Notes: a model not told the origin generated them from the sequence alone. 39,059 nt of DNA from Lysobacterales bacterium (GCA_009692275.1 SHZL01000001.1:1-39059); one strand, 5' to 3'; positions 25,854-35,616 are shown, counted from the stretch's first letter. Numbers and translations: made by a program.

Positions 25854-27689
25854 TCAACCTGCTGCTTCACCCTTTTTCTGCTCAATATACTGCCGCACCA
25901 GCACCTCCAGGGTATTGAGCGGCATGGAGCCATTGGTCAGCACCACGTTGTGGAACTCACGGATGTCGAACCGGTCACCCAGCTCGGACCTGACCAATTC
26001 CCGCAACTCCAGGATCTTCATCATGCCTACTTTGTAGGCCGTGGCTTGTCCCGGCAGTACGAAATATCGTTCGATCTCGGCCACCACGTCACTTTCCGCC
26101 ATGCCGGTGTTGGCCAGCATGTAGGCTATGGCTTGCTCGCGCGTCCAGCGCATGGCGTGAATGCCGGTATCAACCACCAGGCGCACTGAGCGAAACAGTT
26201 CCGCCTGCAACCGGCCAATGTTGTCGTTCGGGTCTTTGAGGAAACCCAGCTCCCACGCCAGGCGCTCCGCGTACAAGGCCCAGCCTTCACTGTAGGCCGG
26301 AAAAGGCGCCAGCCGGCGGAAGAACGGCAAGTCGTCCTGCTGTTGCTGGATGGCCAGCTGCAAATGATGCCCGGCTACGGCCTCGTGGTAGGCCAGTGTG
26401 CGCATGCCGTAGCGGGGCGTGGCCTTGGTGTCGTACAGGTTGGCATAGAACTGCCCCGGCCTCGACCCGTCCATGGCCGGTGGGTTGTAGTAACCGCCGG
26501 GAGCGGTCTTTCCCTTGAATTGCGCTACCCGGCGCACTTCCACCCCGGTGTTGGGTTTTACGTCAAAATACGGCTCCAGCCCAGCCGACACTTCATCGAT
26601 GATTGCCTGGTACTGCGCCAGTATTTCTTCGCGGCCTTCACCCGTGTCAGAAAAATAAAACCGCGGGTCTTCTGACATGGCTGTGATGGCGGCAGTAAAG
26701 CCGGCGGAAACATGCCAACCCTCCTGTGCCAGGATGTCGAGAATCTCCGCCTGGATGCGGGCAACCTCGCTCAGGCCGACATCGTGGAGGTGCGGCGGCG
26801 TGTAGTCGGTGGTGTTGAACAGCTTGAGTGACAGACGGTAGTACTCTTCACCATCCGGCAGGCTCCAGGCTCCATAATTTCCGTCCACCAACCGGTCCAG
26901 CGCCTCAAAGAAGCCGAGCAGCCGCCCGTAGGCCGGGTACACCGTGTTTTCAATGGCTGCCCGGGCCGCAAGGGCAATGCGCTCCTGTTCGTCTTCGGGC
27001 AGCTTGGCTTTTTGCATCTTGTCCAGTAAGGCCGTCATCAGGATGTTGTCTGCTGCGGGCGTGGCCACAAACCCGTTCATTTCATCCACTACCTTGGTGA
27101 TGACAAACTGTGGCGGGTTGATGTGCAAATCTTTCCGGCGTTGCAAACCTTAAATCACCTGGTCGAACTGGACTCCCACGGCATTGAGGCGGCTGACATA
27201 ATCCTCCGCATCGCCAACGCTGTCGAGCTGGTGGTCGGATTCCATGAACGATGGAAATTCGCTTTGAATACCCGACATCTGGTTGAGCGGAAAGGTATGG
27301 AAACGAAATCGTTCACCGGCGACCAGATTGCCCAACAGGAAGTCAGCAATCTGCCTGGACATCAGGTCACGGGGGCTTAAGTCCTCATTACGGTAGGACT
27401 GCGAGACGTTTTCTGCCGCCTTCATCTTGACAAAAAAGGCATCGCCCGCTGCAAGGCTTTGATCATCCAGCCGGGCATTGTGCCCGGTGATGCCAAAAGG
27501 CTCGAGTACATGCAGGGAGCTGAGCATCTCCGGGCTGTCCAGCAGCAACTGCACCATGGTTCGGCCAAAAAACAGATTGATGTTGACCGGTTTGAAATAC
27601 CAGGTGTGTGCGAGGAATAGACCGGCCGCCAGCCCCACCAGCGCGCGCATAATACCGCCAAACTTAAGAATTTTTTTCAATAGCTTCAT
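25854..27689 (-). pseudogene. DUF885 family (metallopeptidase-like) gene interrupted by an in-frame TAA
   Basis: ORFs 27689..27150 and 27146..25854 share a frame (both starts are 2 mod 3). They read ...VGVQFDQVI-TAA-GLQRRKDLHINPPQFV..., which is continuous DUF885-like sequence. The HEAVAGHHLQ motif lies in the downstream part, and an N-terminal hydrophobic anchor is present. Confidence 0.8.
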
Positions 27690-27695
27690 GACACG

Positions 27696-27974
27696 TTAAT
27701 CCATCGGGGATGGTACCTTATCCCCGGGTTTTGCTGCTGCGGTGTTTCGATCAGTTGCCACACACGGATCGGCTTGCCGTTCAGACGAATTGCTCTTGCT
27801 GCCTTTAACCGTTGTTGCCTGGGGAGCTGCCGTGCGATCGGACGAATTGCTCTTGCTTGATTTAACGGTTGCCCCTCTTTGCGCGTCACTGTTGTTGCAG
27901 GGCTCACTGGTGCTGGTCGCGGCGTCAGCCTGTGCCAGCGCGCTGCGCCACGGCGCTGCCATTACCAGCACCAT
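27696..27974 (-). CDS. Small secreted repeat protein (hypothetical)
   Basis: Signal-like start MVLVMAAPWRSALAQA. There is a 19-aa internal repeat (ATVKSSKSNSSDRTAAPQ / TTVKGSKSNSSERQADP) encoded by a 57-nt-period DNA repeat (27782-27814 and 27839-27871). The TAA stop is 6 nt before the DUF885 ATG. No homology recognised, and the start could instead be TTG 27986. Confidence 0.4.
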   Translation of the reverse strand: MVLVMAAPWRSALAQADAATSTSEPCNNSDAQRGATVKSSKSNSSDRTAAPQATTVKGSKSNSSERQADPCVATDRNTAAAKPGDKVPSPMD

Positions 27975-28238
27975 GAAAAGGCACAAGCGCCAATGAAGAT
28001 CATCGTGTGGAAAATTATACTGTGGGAAATTGTACTAGTTGAAAATGTATGACGTGAGCGGGTACGCATAAGACCACCTCCCGGAGATACCCCGTCTTAG
28101 ACCGGCCCAATTGCCGTTTTAACATTCCCAGCATAGTCCGTTCCTGGCAACTCCACAGCAGTACTACTTGTCAGTTAACTTTTGAGTTCCGGGTAAATGG
28201 GTTTACGCTACCCTTACTCACAACCGGCTCAGATGATC

Positions 28239-28649
28239 ATGCACAAAACAATCCTGCTACTGGCGTTGCTTGCACTGGGCGGTTGCGCCTCCACCGGCGG
28301 TGACCGCTCGAATGCCCCCTCATGCAATGGCACTGCGATGATTGAGACCCAGCTGTTTTTTGGCATGAGCCGGCCAGGGGGTGGCACGGTCAGCGACAGC
28401 GACTGGAATGAATTTCTGCAGTCTGAGATTGTGCCGCGCTTTGCCGAAGGGTTCAGCGTGATTGATAGCAGCGGTTTCTGGCTGGATGGTCAGAGCAAGC
28501 AGACTATCACGGAAGATAGCAAAATCATTTCCCGCCTGCTGCGACCGGGCGACGCTGAAGCCATAACGCAGATTATCGATGCCTACAGGAAAAAATTTGA
28601 GCAGGAATCCGTCTTGCGCGTTGACACGCCGGTTTGTGCAAAATTCTAG
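28239..28649 (+). CDS. DUF3574 family lipoprotein
   Basis: Lipobox LLALGGC. The sequence QLFFGMSRPGGGTVSDSDWNEFLQSEIVPRFAEGFSVIDSSGFW...KKFEQESVLRV matches my recollection of DUF3574. ATG 28233 is an alternative start. Confidence 0.7.
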   Translation: MHKTILLLALLALGGCASTGGDRSNAPSCNGTAMIETQLFFGMSRPGGGTVSDSDWNEFLQSEIVPRFAEGFSVIDSSGFWLDGQSKQTITEDSKIISRLLRPGDAEAITQIIDAYRKKFEQESVLRVDTPVCAKF

Positions 28650-28686
28650 TCACCGACCCGCCTACAGGTTAATGCTTCCAATATTC

Positions 28687-30926
28687 CTATTCCCCGCATT
28701 GGGTCCCCTGGTTAAGCTCAATGATGGCCAGGTCAGACGCGTCAGTTAACCCATCCAGGTTGATGTCGTACCAGCTGCTTTCCCCCGACGACAGCACCGC
28801 GAAGTCGCTCCAGTCTGCTTCGTCCAGCCCGTTGACCACACCGTCGATGTTGCCATCGCCGATGCAAGGGGGCTGTGAGGTTAGGATCTGCACCAGTCGC
28901 CCGGTCAATTCGAGGTAGTTGGCTTGCTGTCCCGGTGTGAGCGCGGGTAGTTGGAGCAGATCGAGATTCTCGCGATCGATTCGCGGCAGTGGCACGGCTT
29001 CGCCGATGGCATAGAACTCGTCCGAAACTTCCACATCGCAACCCGGCGGGCTGTCCGGATCTGGCTGGGCGTCGCCGCGGTAGGAGTTCCTCACCACCTT
29101 GTAGCCAACGTTGCGGACGGCAACAGAGCTGAGGGGTTGCAGGTCGAATAGTGGCTCGGCGTTGGCATACAGGAACTGGTTCACCTGGCAGCAATACTCA
29201 AGGCCCTCCGGCAACGGGATCCCGGCGGTGACCGGATCGTCGGCTCCCTCGCCCCACCACGTCCCGTTATTGTCCTCGCACACCGTCTTGGTGACCGGAA
29301 TCTGCGTGCAACTGTTGCTGATGGTGCAGGGCCCATTGTGGGCGCCATCGGCCTGGGTGTTTGGGCCGACCTGGGTGAAATTCCAGCTGCGTATGCTGGT
29401 TTGTTTGGGGTTGGTCAGATACGGCAGCATGGTCACCGAATCGAGCGTGCGTGGCACGCTCGCTGGCACATTGATGTGGGCGATCTGGCCGAACAATTGG
29501 TACAGGTCGGCAACGTTCACCATGTGCGTAACCGAACGGTTGGGTTTCTTGACCAGCGGCCCGGCGACGACAAGGGGCACCCACACGCCGGTCTGGTAGG
29601 CCGTGCCCTTCGCACGGTTCGGGTCGAAGGGCAGCTTCACAGCGCCGCCCAGCGTGCCATTGTCACCGAGGATGACGATCATCGTGTCGTTGTTGTTCGG
29701 GTTGTACTTCAGCTTGCCATCGTGGCCACGGCGCGCAATACCGGTGGAAACCAGCAGACGGGCAAATTCGGTATCCAGCGCCTCGATCATCAGGTTAGTC
29801 AGAACGCGCTGCTCCACGGACATCGAACTCTCACAGCTGAGGCCGCTGGTTGCCGCCGCGTCGGACGTCAGCAGCCTCTGGGGCGGTTGCATCACCGGCG
29901 TGTGCGCCGAAGAGAAGCTGACGCTCGCCATCCACGGCTGATGCTTGCGCTGGCGCTTGATCCAGTCAATGGCTGCGTCGACCTGCACGGTGCCGCGGTA
30001 GGTGCGCGCTCGAATGTCGGTCGGCGACACCTCCAGGACAGCGCCATGTTCGTCGTTAATGACCAGCGGCGATACGTAATGTGCGCTCAGGTTTTGGAAC
30101 CCGGTTTGAATGTTTGCGGGCATCTGGAACTTACAATGCTGGTCCGGGTCGAGGATGCCGCCACCGTCGCGGCAAGCGCGGCCCGGCGGAACGCCACCCG
30201 ATGTGCTCATCTCCGTGCACAGGCCATGGGAGGCGTAACAAGCACCGAAGTCAGCTCCACCAGCTGCTGCGCCGGGCACGAAGCCGCAGGAATAAGACTC
30301 CTCATTCACGGCAACACCACCGGCCGACCTGTCGATCGAAGCCGGGTCGCCGGTCTCGTCAAGCCAGCCGAAGAAGTAGTCCCAGCCGAGCGAACGCGGC
30401 ATGGCGTTATGGAAAGGGTTGTTGCCTTGCAATCCCAGGTGAAACTTGCCGAACAACGCGCTCTGGTAGCCGCGCTGCTTGAGTAACGAAGGCAGGCTCA
30501 CCTCGAAGGGCGAGACACCTGGGCGTTCGCCAAGTCATCAGGGCCCAGCGCGCCATAGACGTTGGTGCGAAGGGGGAAACGGCCAGTGAAAAACACCGCT
30601 CGGCTAGTGGAGCACGCAGGCATCGACCAGGTGTTACTGAAGCGGATGCCCGCATTGGCGATCGTGTCGATGTTCGGCGTGCTCGGCGGCGTTTCGCCGC
30701 CGTAGCCGAATGTCTTCATCTGGTCAATGCCGACATCGGCCATGATGATGAACAGGATGTTCGGCGATTTCGGCGCCGCCTGCACCGCGATCGGTTGCAA
30801 GCCTAACGCGAACAGGGCTAGAACCACGGCGAGCGACTGCCACGCGCCGACGCGACCAACGTTTCGTGGGAATGGGTGGTGCACAGCGCGCTTTGCCGTC
30901 GCCGGCTTCGGCTTCGAAGCACGCAT
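28687..30926 (-). pseudogene. Secreted sulfatase (alkaline-phosphatase superfamily) with dockerin-like C-terminal repeats, frameshifted
   Basis: The N-terminal piece (30926..30498) has PNILFIIMADVG and the active-site block MPACSTSRAVFFTGRFP. The second piece (30501..28687, different frame) continues with LPSLLKQRGYQSALFGKFHLG. The frames can only be joined within 30501-30546. C-terminus has GDGNIDGVVNGLDEADW and DINLDGLTDASDLAII. Confidence 0.8.
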
Positions 30927-30967
30927 AGTTCCGATCACATTCAACGTTCGCAACTCCTGCCTCCCAC

Positions 30968-32176
30968 TCAAACTCTTGCGATCGGTCGCTTTCCTGATCC
31001 ATTCGTCTCGTGCTTTTGCGCCACCGCTTCCTGCAGCAGCCATTGCCCCCCGGGTGGCAAGGACGCTTCGGACTCCCCGCCCGACTCCTTGGGTTCCGGT
31101 TGTTCCAGCTTCGCCACTGGGTTGGCGTGCTGCATGCAGAGCCGAAGGTCGTTGGGCTTGTCGGCGTTGGCCAGCGCCTGCGCATGGTCGATTCTGCCCT
31201 CCGAGTAGAGTCTCAGCAGATCCTGGTCAAACGTCTGACATCCGCTGCTCGTTCCGTTTTGTATGCCATCTTTAACCTTGTCCACCTGCCCCGACTTGAT
31301 CAGGTCTTTTACGTACGGGGTATCACGCAGGATTTCCACCACTGCCACGCGCTTGCCGTCGATCGACGGTACGAGACGCTGCGCGATGATCGCGCGCAGA
31401 CACATGGAGAGCTGCAGATAGATCTCCTCGTGCCGCTCGCCAGGAAAAAAGTTCATCACTCGGTGAAGCGTCTGGTAGGCATTGCTCGAGTGCAGCGTTC
31501 CCAAGCAGAGATGCCCCGTGTCGGCGAAGGTGATCGCAGCTTCCATCGCCATTCGATCACGGATCTCTCCAATCAGAATGACGTCCGGCGCCTGGCGCAA
31601 TGCGTTCTTGAGCGCATCATTGAAGGAATGTGTGTCTGTTCCGACCTCCCGCTGGGTGACAATGCACTTCCTGTTGGGGTGGATGAACTCGATGGGGTCT
31701 TCAACGGTGATGATGTGTCCGTCACTGTGTTCGTTTCGGTGATTAAGCATAGCAGCCAGCGTTGTGGTTTTACCTGATCCCGTGGCCCCGGTGACGAGAA
31801 TGAGACCCCTTTTCTGCAAGACGATGTCTTTGAAGACACTCGGGAACTGTAGTTGGTCGAGGGTAGGGATCGTTGTCTTGACATGGCGGATGACGATCCC
31901 GATGCTGTCGCGCTGTCGGTGCAGGTTGACCCGAAAGCGGCCAATATCGTCAAACCCGATTGCCAGATTCATCTCCAGGGCCTGCGCAAACGTCGCTTTC
32001 TCCGCATCGGTCATGAGGGAATTGGCCAACGTTTCGGTTTGAGTCGAGCCGAAATGTTGCGTTCCGATTGCGTGATTCACCCCCTCCGCGCGAATCAGGG
32101 GAGGGCTGTTCGTTGTAATGTAGAGGTCAGAAGCCTCACGATCGACCATTTCGCGCAGCAGCGCCTGGATGTTCAT
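30968..32176 (-). CDS. pilU: PilT/PilU-family type IV pilus retraction ATPase, PilU-like
   Basis: Walker A GATGSGKTTTLAAM, Asp box ITVEDPIEF, Walker B DVILIGEIRD, and His box GHLCLGTLHSSNA (PilU-like). ATG 32176 gives MNIQALLREMVDREASDLYIT. A low-complexity tail of about 45 aa is atypical. Confidence 0.85.
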   Translation of the reverse strand: MNIQALLREMVDREASDLYITTNSPPLIRAEGVNHAIGTQHFGSTQTETLANSLMTDAEKATFAQALEMNLAIGFDDIGRFRVNLHRQRDSIGIVIRHVKTTIPTLDQLQFPSVFKDIVLQKRGLILVTGATGSGKTTTLAAMLNHRNEHSDGHIITVEDPIEFIHPNRKCIVTQREVGTDTHSFNDALKNALRQAPDVILIGEIRDRMAMEAAITFADTGHLCLGTLHSSNAYQTLHRVMNFFPGERHEEIYLQLSMCLRAIIAQRLVPSIDGKRVAVVEILRDTPYVKDLIKSGQVDKVKDGIQNGTSSGCQTFDQDLLRLYSEGRIDHAQALANADKPNDLRLCMQHANPVAKLEQPEPKESGGESEASLPPGGQWLLQEAVAQKHETNGSGKRPIARV

Positions 32177-32340
32177 GCTTTCAATTCCCCTTGGTAACGA
32201 TGCAGCGCTGATCGGCACGTGCCTTTCGCTGACAGTAGCCGAATGGTGGGGAAATTGAACCTGTCAAAATTCGCAGTTGTGCAACTGCAAAAAAAGAGAG
32301 GACACCGATCACCCATTTCACACCTGGTGTTTGCCTGCCA

Positions 32341-32375
32341 GGCACCGGAGGGTGATGTGCGGGTCCTCCGGTGCC
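32341..32375. other. Perfect 11-bp stem-loop in a long non-coding spacer
   Basis: GGCACCGGAGG (32341-32351), a 13-nt loop, then CCTCCGGTGCC (32365-32375). No flanking T- or A-tract, so it is not a canonical terminator on either strand. Confidence 0.6.
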
Positions 32376-32750
32376 TAATCTATAGGAACATCCATGTACC
32401 TACCAGGCCCCGTCGTCAGACGGTGGTCACCTCCATGTGTTTTGCCGGAAAAAATGCATCCCTGTCATTTCGGCTGAAATCAGCCCCAATTCCCTGTGCT
32501 ACCGTGGATAAATCATCGCCTCTGCGCGAAAACAAAACCACTGTCACAAGTAGCAGTTCCGTACCGCAACTTGACGTGAAACCGTGGGACCAGGTATTTG
32601 GATTAAACTTGGATACTACCTCAAGCAGTTAGAGCAAGTTGTTGTTTTACCTGATGTGCGGGAGTATGCTCTATAGACGATTACCTCAGCAAGACAGGCC
32701 AACGACGAATAGAACGGTTGGCTGACTTCGCTAGGATAGGAGGTTACTGA

Positions 32751-33398
32751 ATGAGGCCGACACGAGTTGTTTTAGCGGATGACCATGCTCTTGTACTGGG
32801 CGCGTTTCGCCACTTGTTGTCCTCCGTTGCCGATTCCCAGATCGAAATTGTTGGAACTGCGGCCAACGGCCGCGAATTGATCAAGGTTGTCCGCGAACAG
32901 AAACCGGACGTTGTCGTCACTGATATTTCCATGCCGCTGCTGAATGGTCTTGATGCGGGAATCAAGCTGCTGAAGCTGATGCCTGGGCTCAAGATCATTT
33001 TCCTTACCGTCAATGATGATCCAGACCTGGTGGCTGACGTCATCCGCGCAGGGGCAAAGGGCTACCTGCTCAAAAACTCGGTTACCTCAGAACTTCTCCA
33101 GGCGATACGTGCCGTCGCTTCCGGTTCCACCTACATCACTCCCCTGGTGACGGGCAACATGCTAAGTTCCATTATTCAGGGTGACAAAAGAGAGCGGTTC
33201 AGCAAACTGACAGTGCGGCAGCGTGAAATCCTGCAACTGCTGGCCGAAGGCAGAACGATGAAAGAAACCGCGCGGGTGCTCAGCGTCACGCCGCGGACAG
33301 TGGCATTTCACAAGTATCGCATCATGGAAACCCTGGGCGTGGAAAACAACGCCCAACTGATCCGCTTCGCCGTGCGCAGCGGATTGCTCCCAGCCTGA
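32751..33398 (+). CDS. NarL/FixJ (LuxR-type HTH) response regulator
   Basis: Receiver domain (VVLADDH, VVVTDISMP, FLTV, KGYLLK) plus a LuxR HTH (LTVRQREILQLLAEGRTMKETARVLSVTPRTVAFHKYRIMETLG). GGAGG at 32739-32743 lies 7 nt before the ATG. Confidence 0.9.
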   Translation: MRPTRVVLADDHALVLGAFRHLLSSVADSQIEIVGTAANGRELIKVVREQKPDVVVTDISMPLLNGLDAGIKLLKLMPGLKIIFLTVNDDPDLVADVIRAGAKGYLLKNSVTSELLQAIRAVASGSTYITPLVTGNMLSSIIQGDKRERFSKLTVRQREILQLLAEGRTMKETARVLSVTPRTVAFHKYRIMETLGVENNAQLIRFAVRSGLLPA

Positions 33399-33444
33399 TC
33401 CACCCGTTCATTTAACCACCCCCGACTGTCAACTTTCACAGTGG

Positions 33445-33465
33445 CCCCCGCCCGTGTAGCGGGGG
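33445..33465 (+). terminator. Possible terminator hairpin (no U-tract)
   Basis: CCCCCGC / GCGGGGG stem with a 7-nt loop, 47 nt after the response regulator stop. It is followed by AACATGTCATTT rather than a T-run. Confidence 0.3.
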
Positions 33466-33833
33466 AACATGTCATTTCGCGAAAAGGAACTTCGCTAACA
33501 GAAAGTATTGGGCATGGACGCAGATGCAAGGATGCACGAACACTGGCGCGGGGAAGTACAGTTAGGCCTGGTTAGCGCATAGAACCGGGAAGTTCATCCG
33601 GTGCTGCCAGGGGAACGACAGGGAAGTCTTTCCCGGCACCGGATGTGACGCAGGAAGCACGCAAGGAAAACATCCGCCGTTTCTGAATGGAAACGGCCAT
33701 TCTGCCTGACGTCCCGGCAGGCAAGGTTCACTAGACCGGGGTACATATCAGGGAAGATGAGGAAATGGAAACTGTAAAGGGAAAAGGACAATTCACGAAC
33801 ATGCCGCCGCCTGCGTTACACCACCGTGGGCTA

Positions 33834-34235
33834 ATGCGCCTGATCACATTATCGGCTCTACCGCTGCTGTTCACAGCCTGCGTTCACTGGCCCGACATCG
33901 CCACTGACTGCGAATCCTATGGAGTAACTGAAAACAACACACCAATGGGACACCTGGTCCACCTGGAGCCGCTCTACCACGACGAGCTCAATACCCGTTG
34001 CGCGGGTGTGCAGCATTCCAATGCGGCCCATGATACAGAAATCAGGGGATGCGCGATCCCCCAGGGTCACGGGCTGGTCGATGCCTATTACTCGGTAGGT
34101 GATCGTTGCGCAATGAATCACGAGCTGTGCCACGCCAAGCATGGCCCGGGACACACCGAGCGGTATGTCAAGGAATTGCAGGATGGTGTGCCAATGCCGT
34201 ACTGCCCAAGCAATCAGTTGAGCTGGAAGGGATAA
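33834..34235 (+). CDS. Small Cys-rich lipoprotein with an HExxH motif (hypothetical metalloprotease-like)
   Basis: ATG 33834 gives MRLITLSALPLLFTAC with a lipobox. The mature part has 7 Cys and MNHELCHAKHGPGH. No family recognised. Confidence 0.55.
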   Translation: MRLITLSALPLLFTACVHWPDIATDCESYGVTENNTPMGHLVHLEPLYHDELNTRCAGVQHSNAAHDTEIRGCAIPQGHGLVDAYYSVGDRCAMNHELCHAKHGPGHTERYVKELQDGVPMPYCPSNQLSWKG

Positions 34236-34358
34236 GCGGCAATTGGTTCCGGCTTGGTGCCGTGGAAAACGCGCGGCACCACCGGGTGGCAATCATGAAC
34301 ACATTTTTTCTGGCGCAGTCTGAGCTTCGGTGCCGCCAAGGAAAGCAGGGGAAGAGTC

Positions 34359-35616
34359 ATGTCTGCTGTAATGAGGAGTGACAAGCTCCGGCAATTGCGG
34401 GTCTTGATCGTGGATGACAATTCCGGAGACCGCTCCTTATACCGGTACATGCTTAAGGAATCAGATCCCGCCACGGGCTATGTGTTCCAGGAAACCGAGT
34501 CAGGACGAGCGGCCATGGACCTGATCCGGTAGGAGGTCTTCGACTGTGTCCTGCTGGGCTATTTGCTGCCTGACATGGTCGGTCTTGACGTGCTGAAAAC
34601 AATAGCAGAGCAGACCAAAAGCCCCATATTGCCCACCATCATTTTAACCGGCTTCGGTGACGAAGCGACGGCCGTGCATGCCTTGCAGGGTGGTGCGCAG
34701 GGCTATTTGCCCAAACGCGACCTGAACGGGGAAGAGCTGGGCCAAGCCATCAATTGCGCCATCAAAGCTCACAAGCGACAGATGCTGGTGGAAAAATCGC
34801 GTTTGGAAATGGTTGCCAAGAACCAGGAGCTGACGGGCAAGTACCAGCAGGTGGAGGCTTTTAATCAGCAAATCCTGGGTAAATTCAAGAAACCGGTGTT
34901 GGCGCTGCGTGACCATATTGCTGAACTGACCGTGGAGGAAACCCGCCCGATGAACGGCAACCTGCAAAGCCATTTGTTAAACCTTAAACTGCAAAGCGAA
35001 CGGCTAGTGACCACGTTGAAAGACCTGATGGACAACCCGGGACTGGAAGTGGGCCAGTTATTGATTGCCACCCGACCCGAGGCAATCGTGGAACTTTTAT
35101 CTGCCACCGTGAATAACTTCCGGACGCTGGCAGAGGCAAGAAACATCCGCTTTTCGGTCAAAATCCAGCCGGGATTGCCGGAAGTACAAATGGCTCGGTA
35201 TCGCATTGAACTAAGTGCTGGTAAATCTGCAGGACAACGCAATCACGTTCACCCCACCGCACGGAAACGTATGCTTAACTGTGGAGCGGCGCATGGGGCC
35301 CCCGGATAATATAACGGTTACTGTGATCGATTCCGGTCCAGGCGTTGATCCTGGGCGGCTGGCAGTCCTGTTTGAGCAAAATGCCCATCAGCTGCCCGGC
35401 GGTTCTGAAGTCGATCAGGGGATGGGGCTGGGCCTGAAAGTGTGCCGGGAAATTATTCAGTCACACCAGGGCAGGATTACCGCCGAGAACCTTCCCCAGG
35501 GTGGGGCCTGCATGACCTTTACGCTGCCGCTTGATACCAGCAAAGCACCAGCAGCGGAGATCCAGGGAAAAGTTTCATGCAATAACGGGTCTGCCCAGTG
35601 GGGCCTGCATGCTTAA
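34359..35616 (+). pseudogene. Receiver-DHp-HATPase protein with degenerate phospho-sites, an in-frame TAG and a frameshift
   Basis: ATG 34359 (AGGGGAAG upstream) opens a REC domain (RVLIVDDNS...). TAG at 34530-34532 is in frame with ORF 34563..35309. The acceptor position reads LLGY (Gly where Asp is expected) and the H-box position reads ILGKFKKP (Gly where His is expected). Removing one base near 35212 restores RIEQVLVNLQDNAITFT (N-box) into ORF 35215..35616, which carries G-box motifs DSGPGV and GMGLGL. Confidence 0.75.

Noticed and set aside
30501-30546. Programmed -1 ribosomal frameshifting in the sulfatase gene.
   Set aside because: There is no slippery X-XXY-YYZ heptamer and no obvious downstream pseudoknot in the only segment where the two frames can be joined. 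An indel is the simpler explanation.
2030-31777. Many long ORFs overlapping or antisense to the called genes. Examples: 2030..2944, 2181..2951, 6363..7073, 9518..10486, 13548..14399, 16531..17619, 18397..19230, 19588..20178, 21270..22037, 23416..24399, 29338..30486 and 31010..31777.
   Set aside because: They lie inside or opposite CDSs with clear family signatures. Their Arg/Pro/Gly/His-rich composition is typical of shadow frames in GC-rich DNA, and they have no recognisable motifs or start contexts.
32219-32632. 137-aa ORF in the pilU/regulator spacer.
   Set aside because: It has a GTG start directly abutting the pilU-like upstream region with no RBS and no recognisable domain. The region looks non-coding. 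It is treated as spurious, though the spacer itself is flagged.
33640-33760. Possible c-di-GMP (GEMM-I) riboswitch in the lipoprotein leader, suggested by the segment CACGCAAGGAAAAC and the paired hairpins.
   Set aside because: The resemblance to the conserved GEMM-I junction sequences is superficial. The expected GNRA tetraloop/receptor pair and the ACGCAAAGCC junction are not present. It needs a covariance-model scan before any claim.
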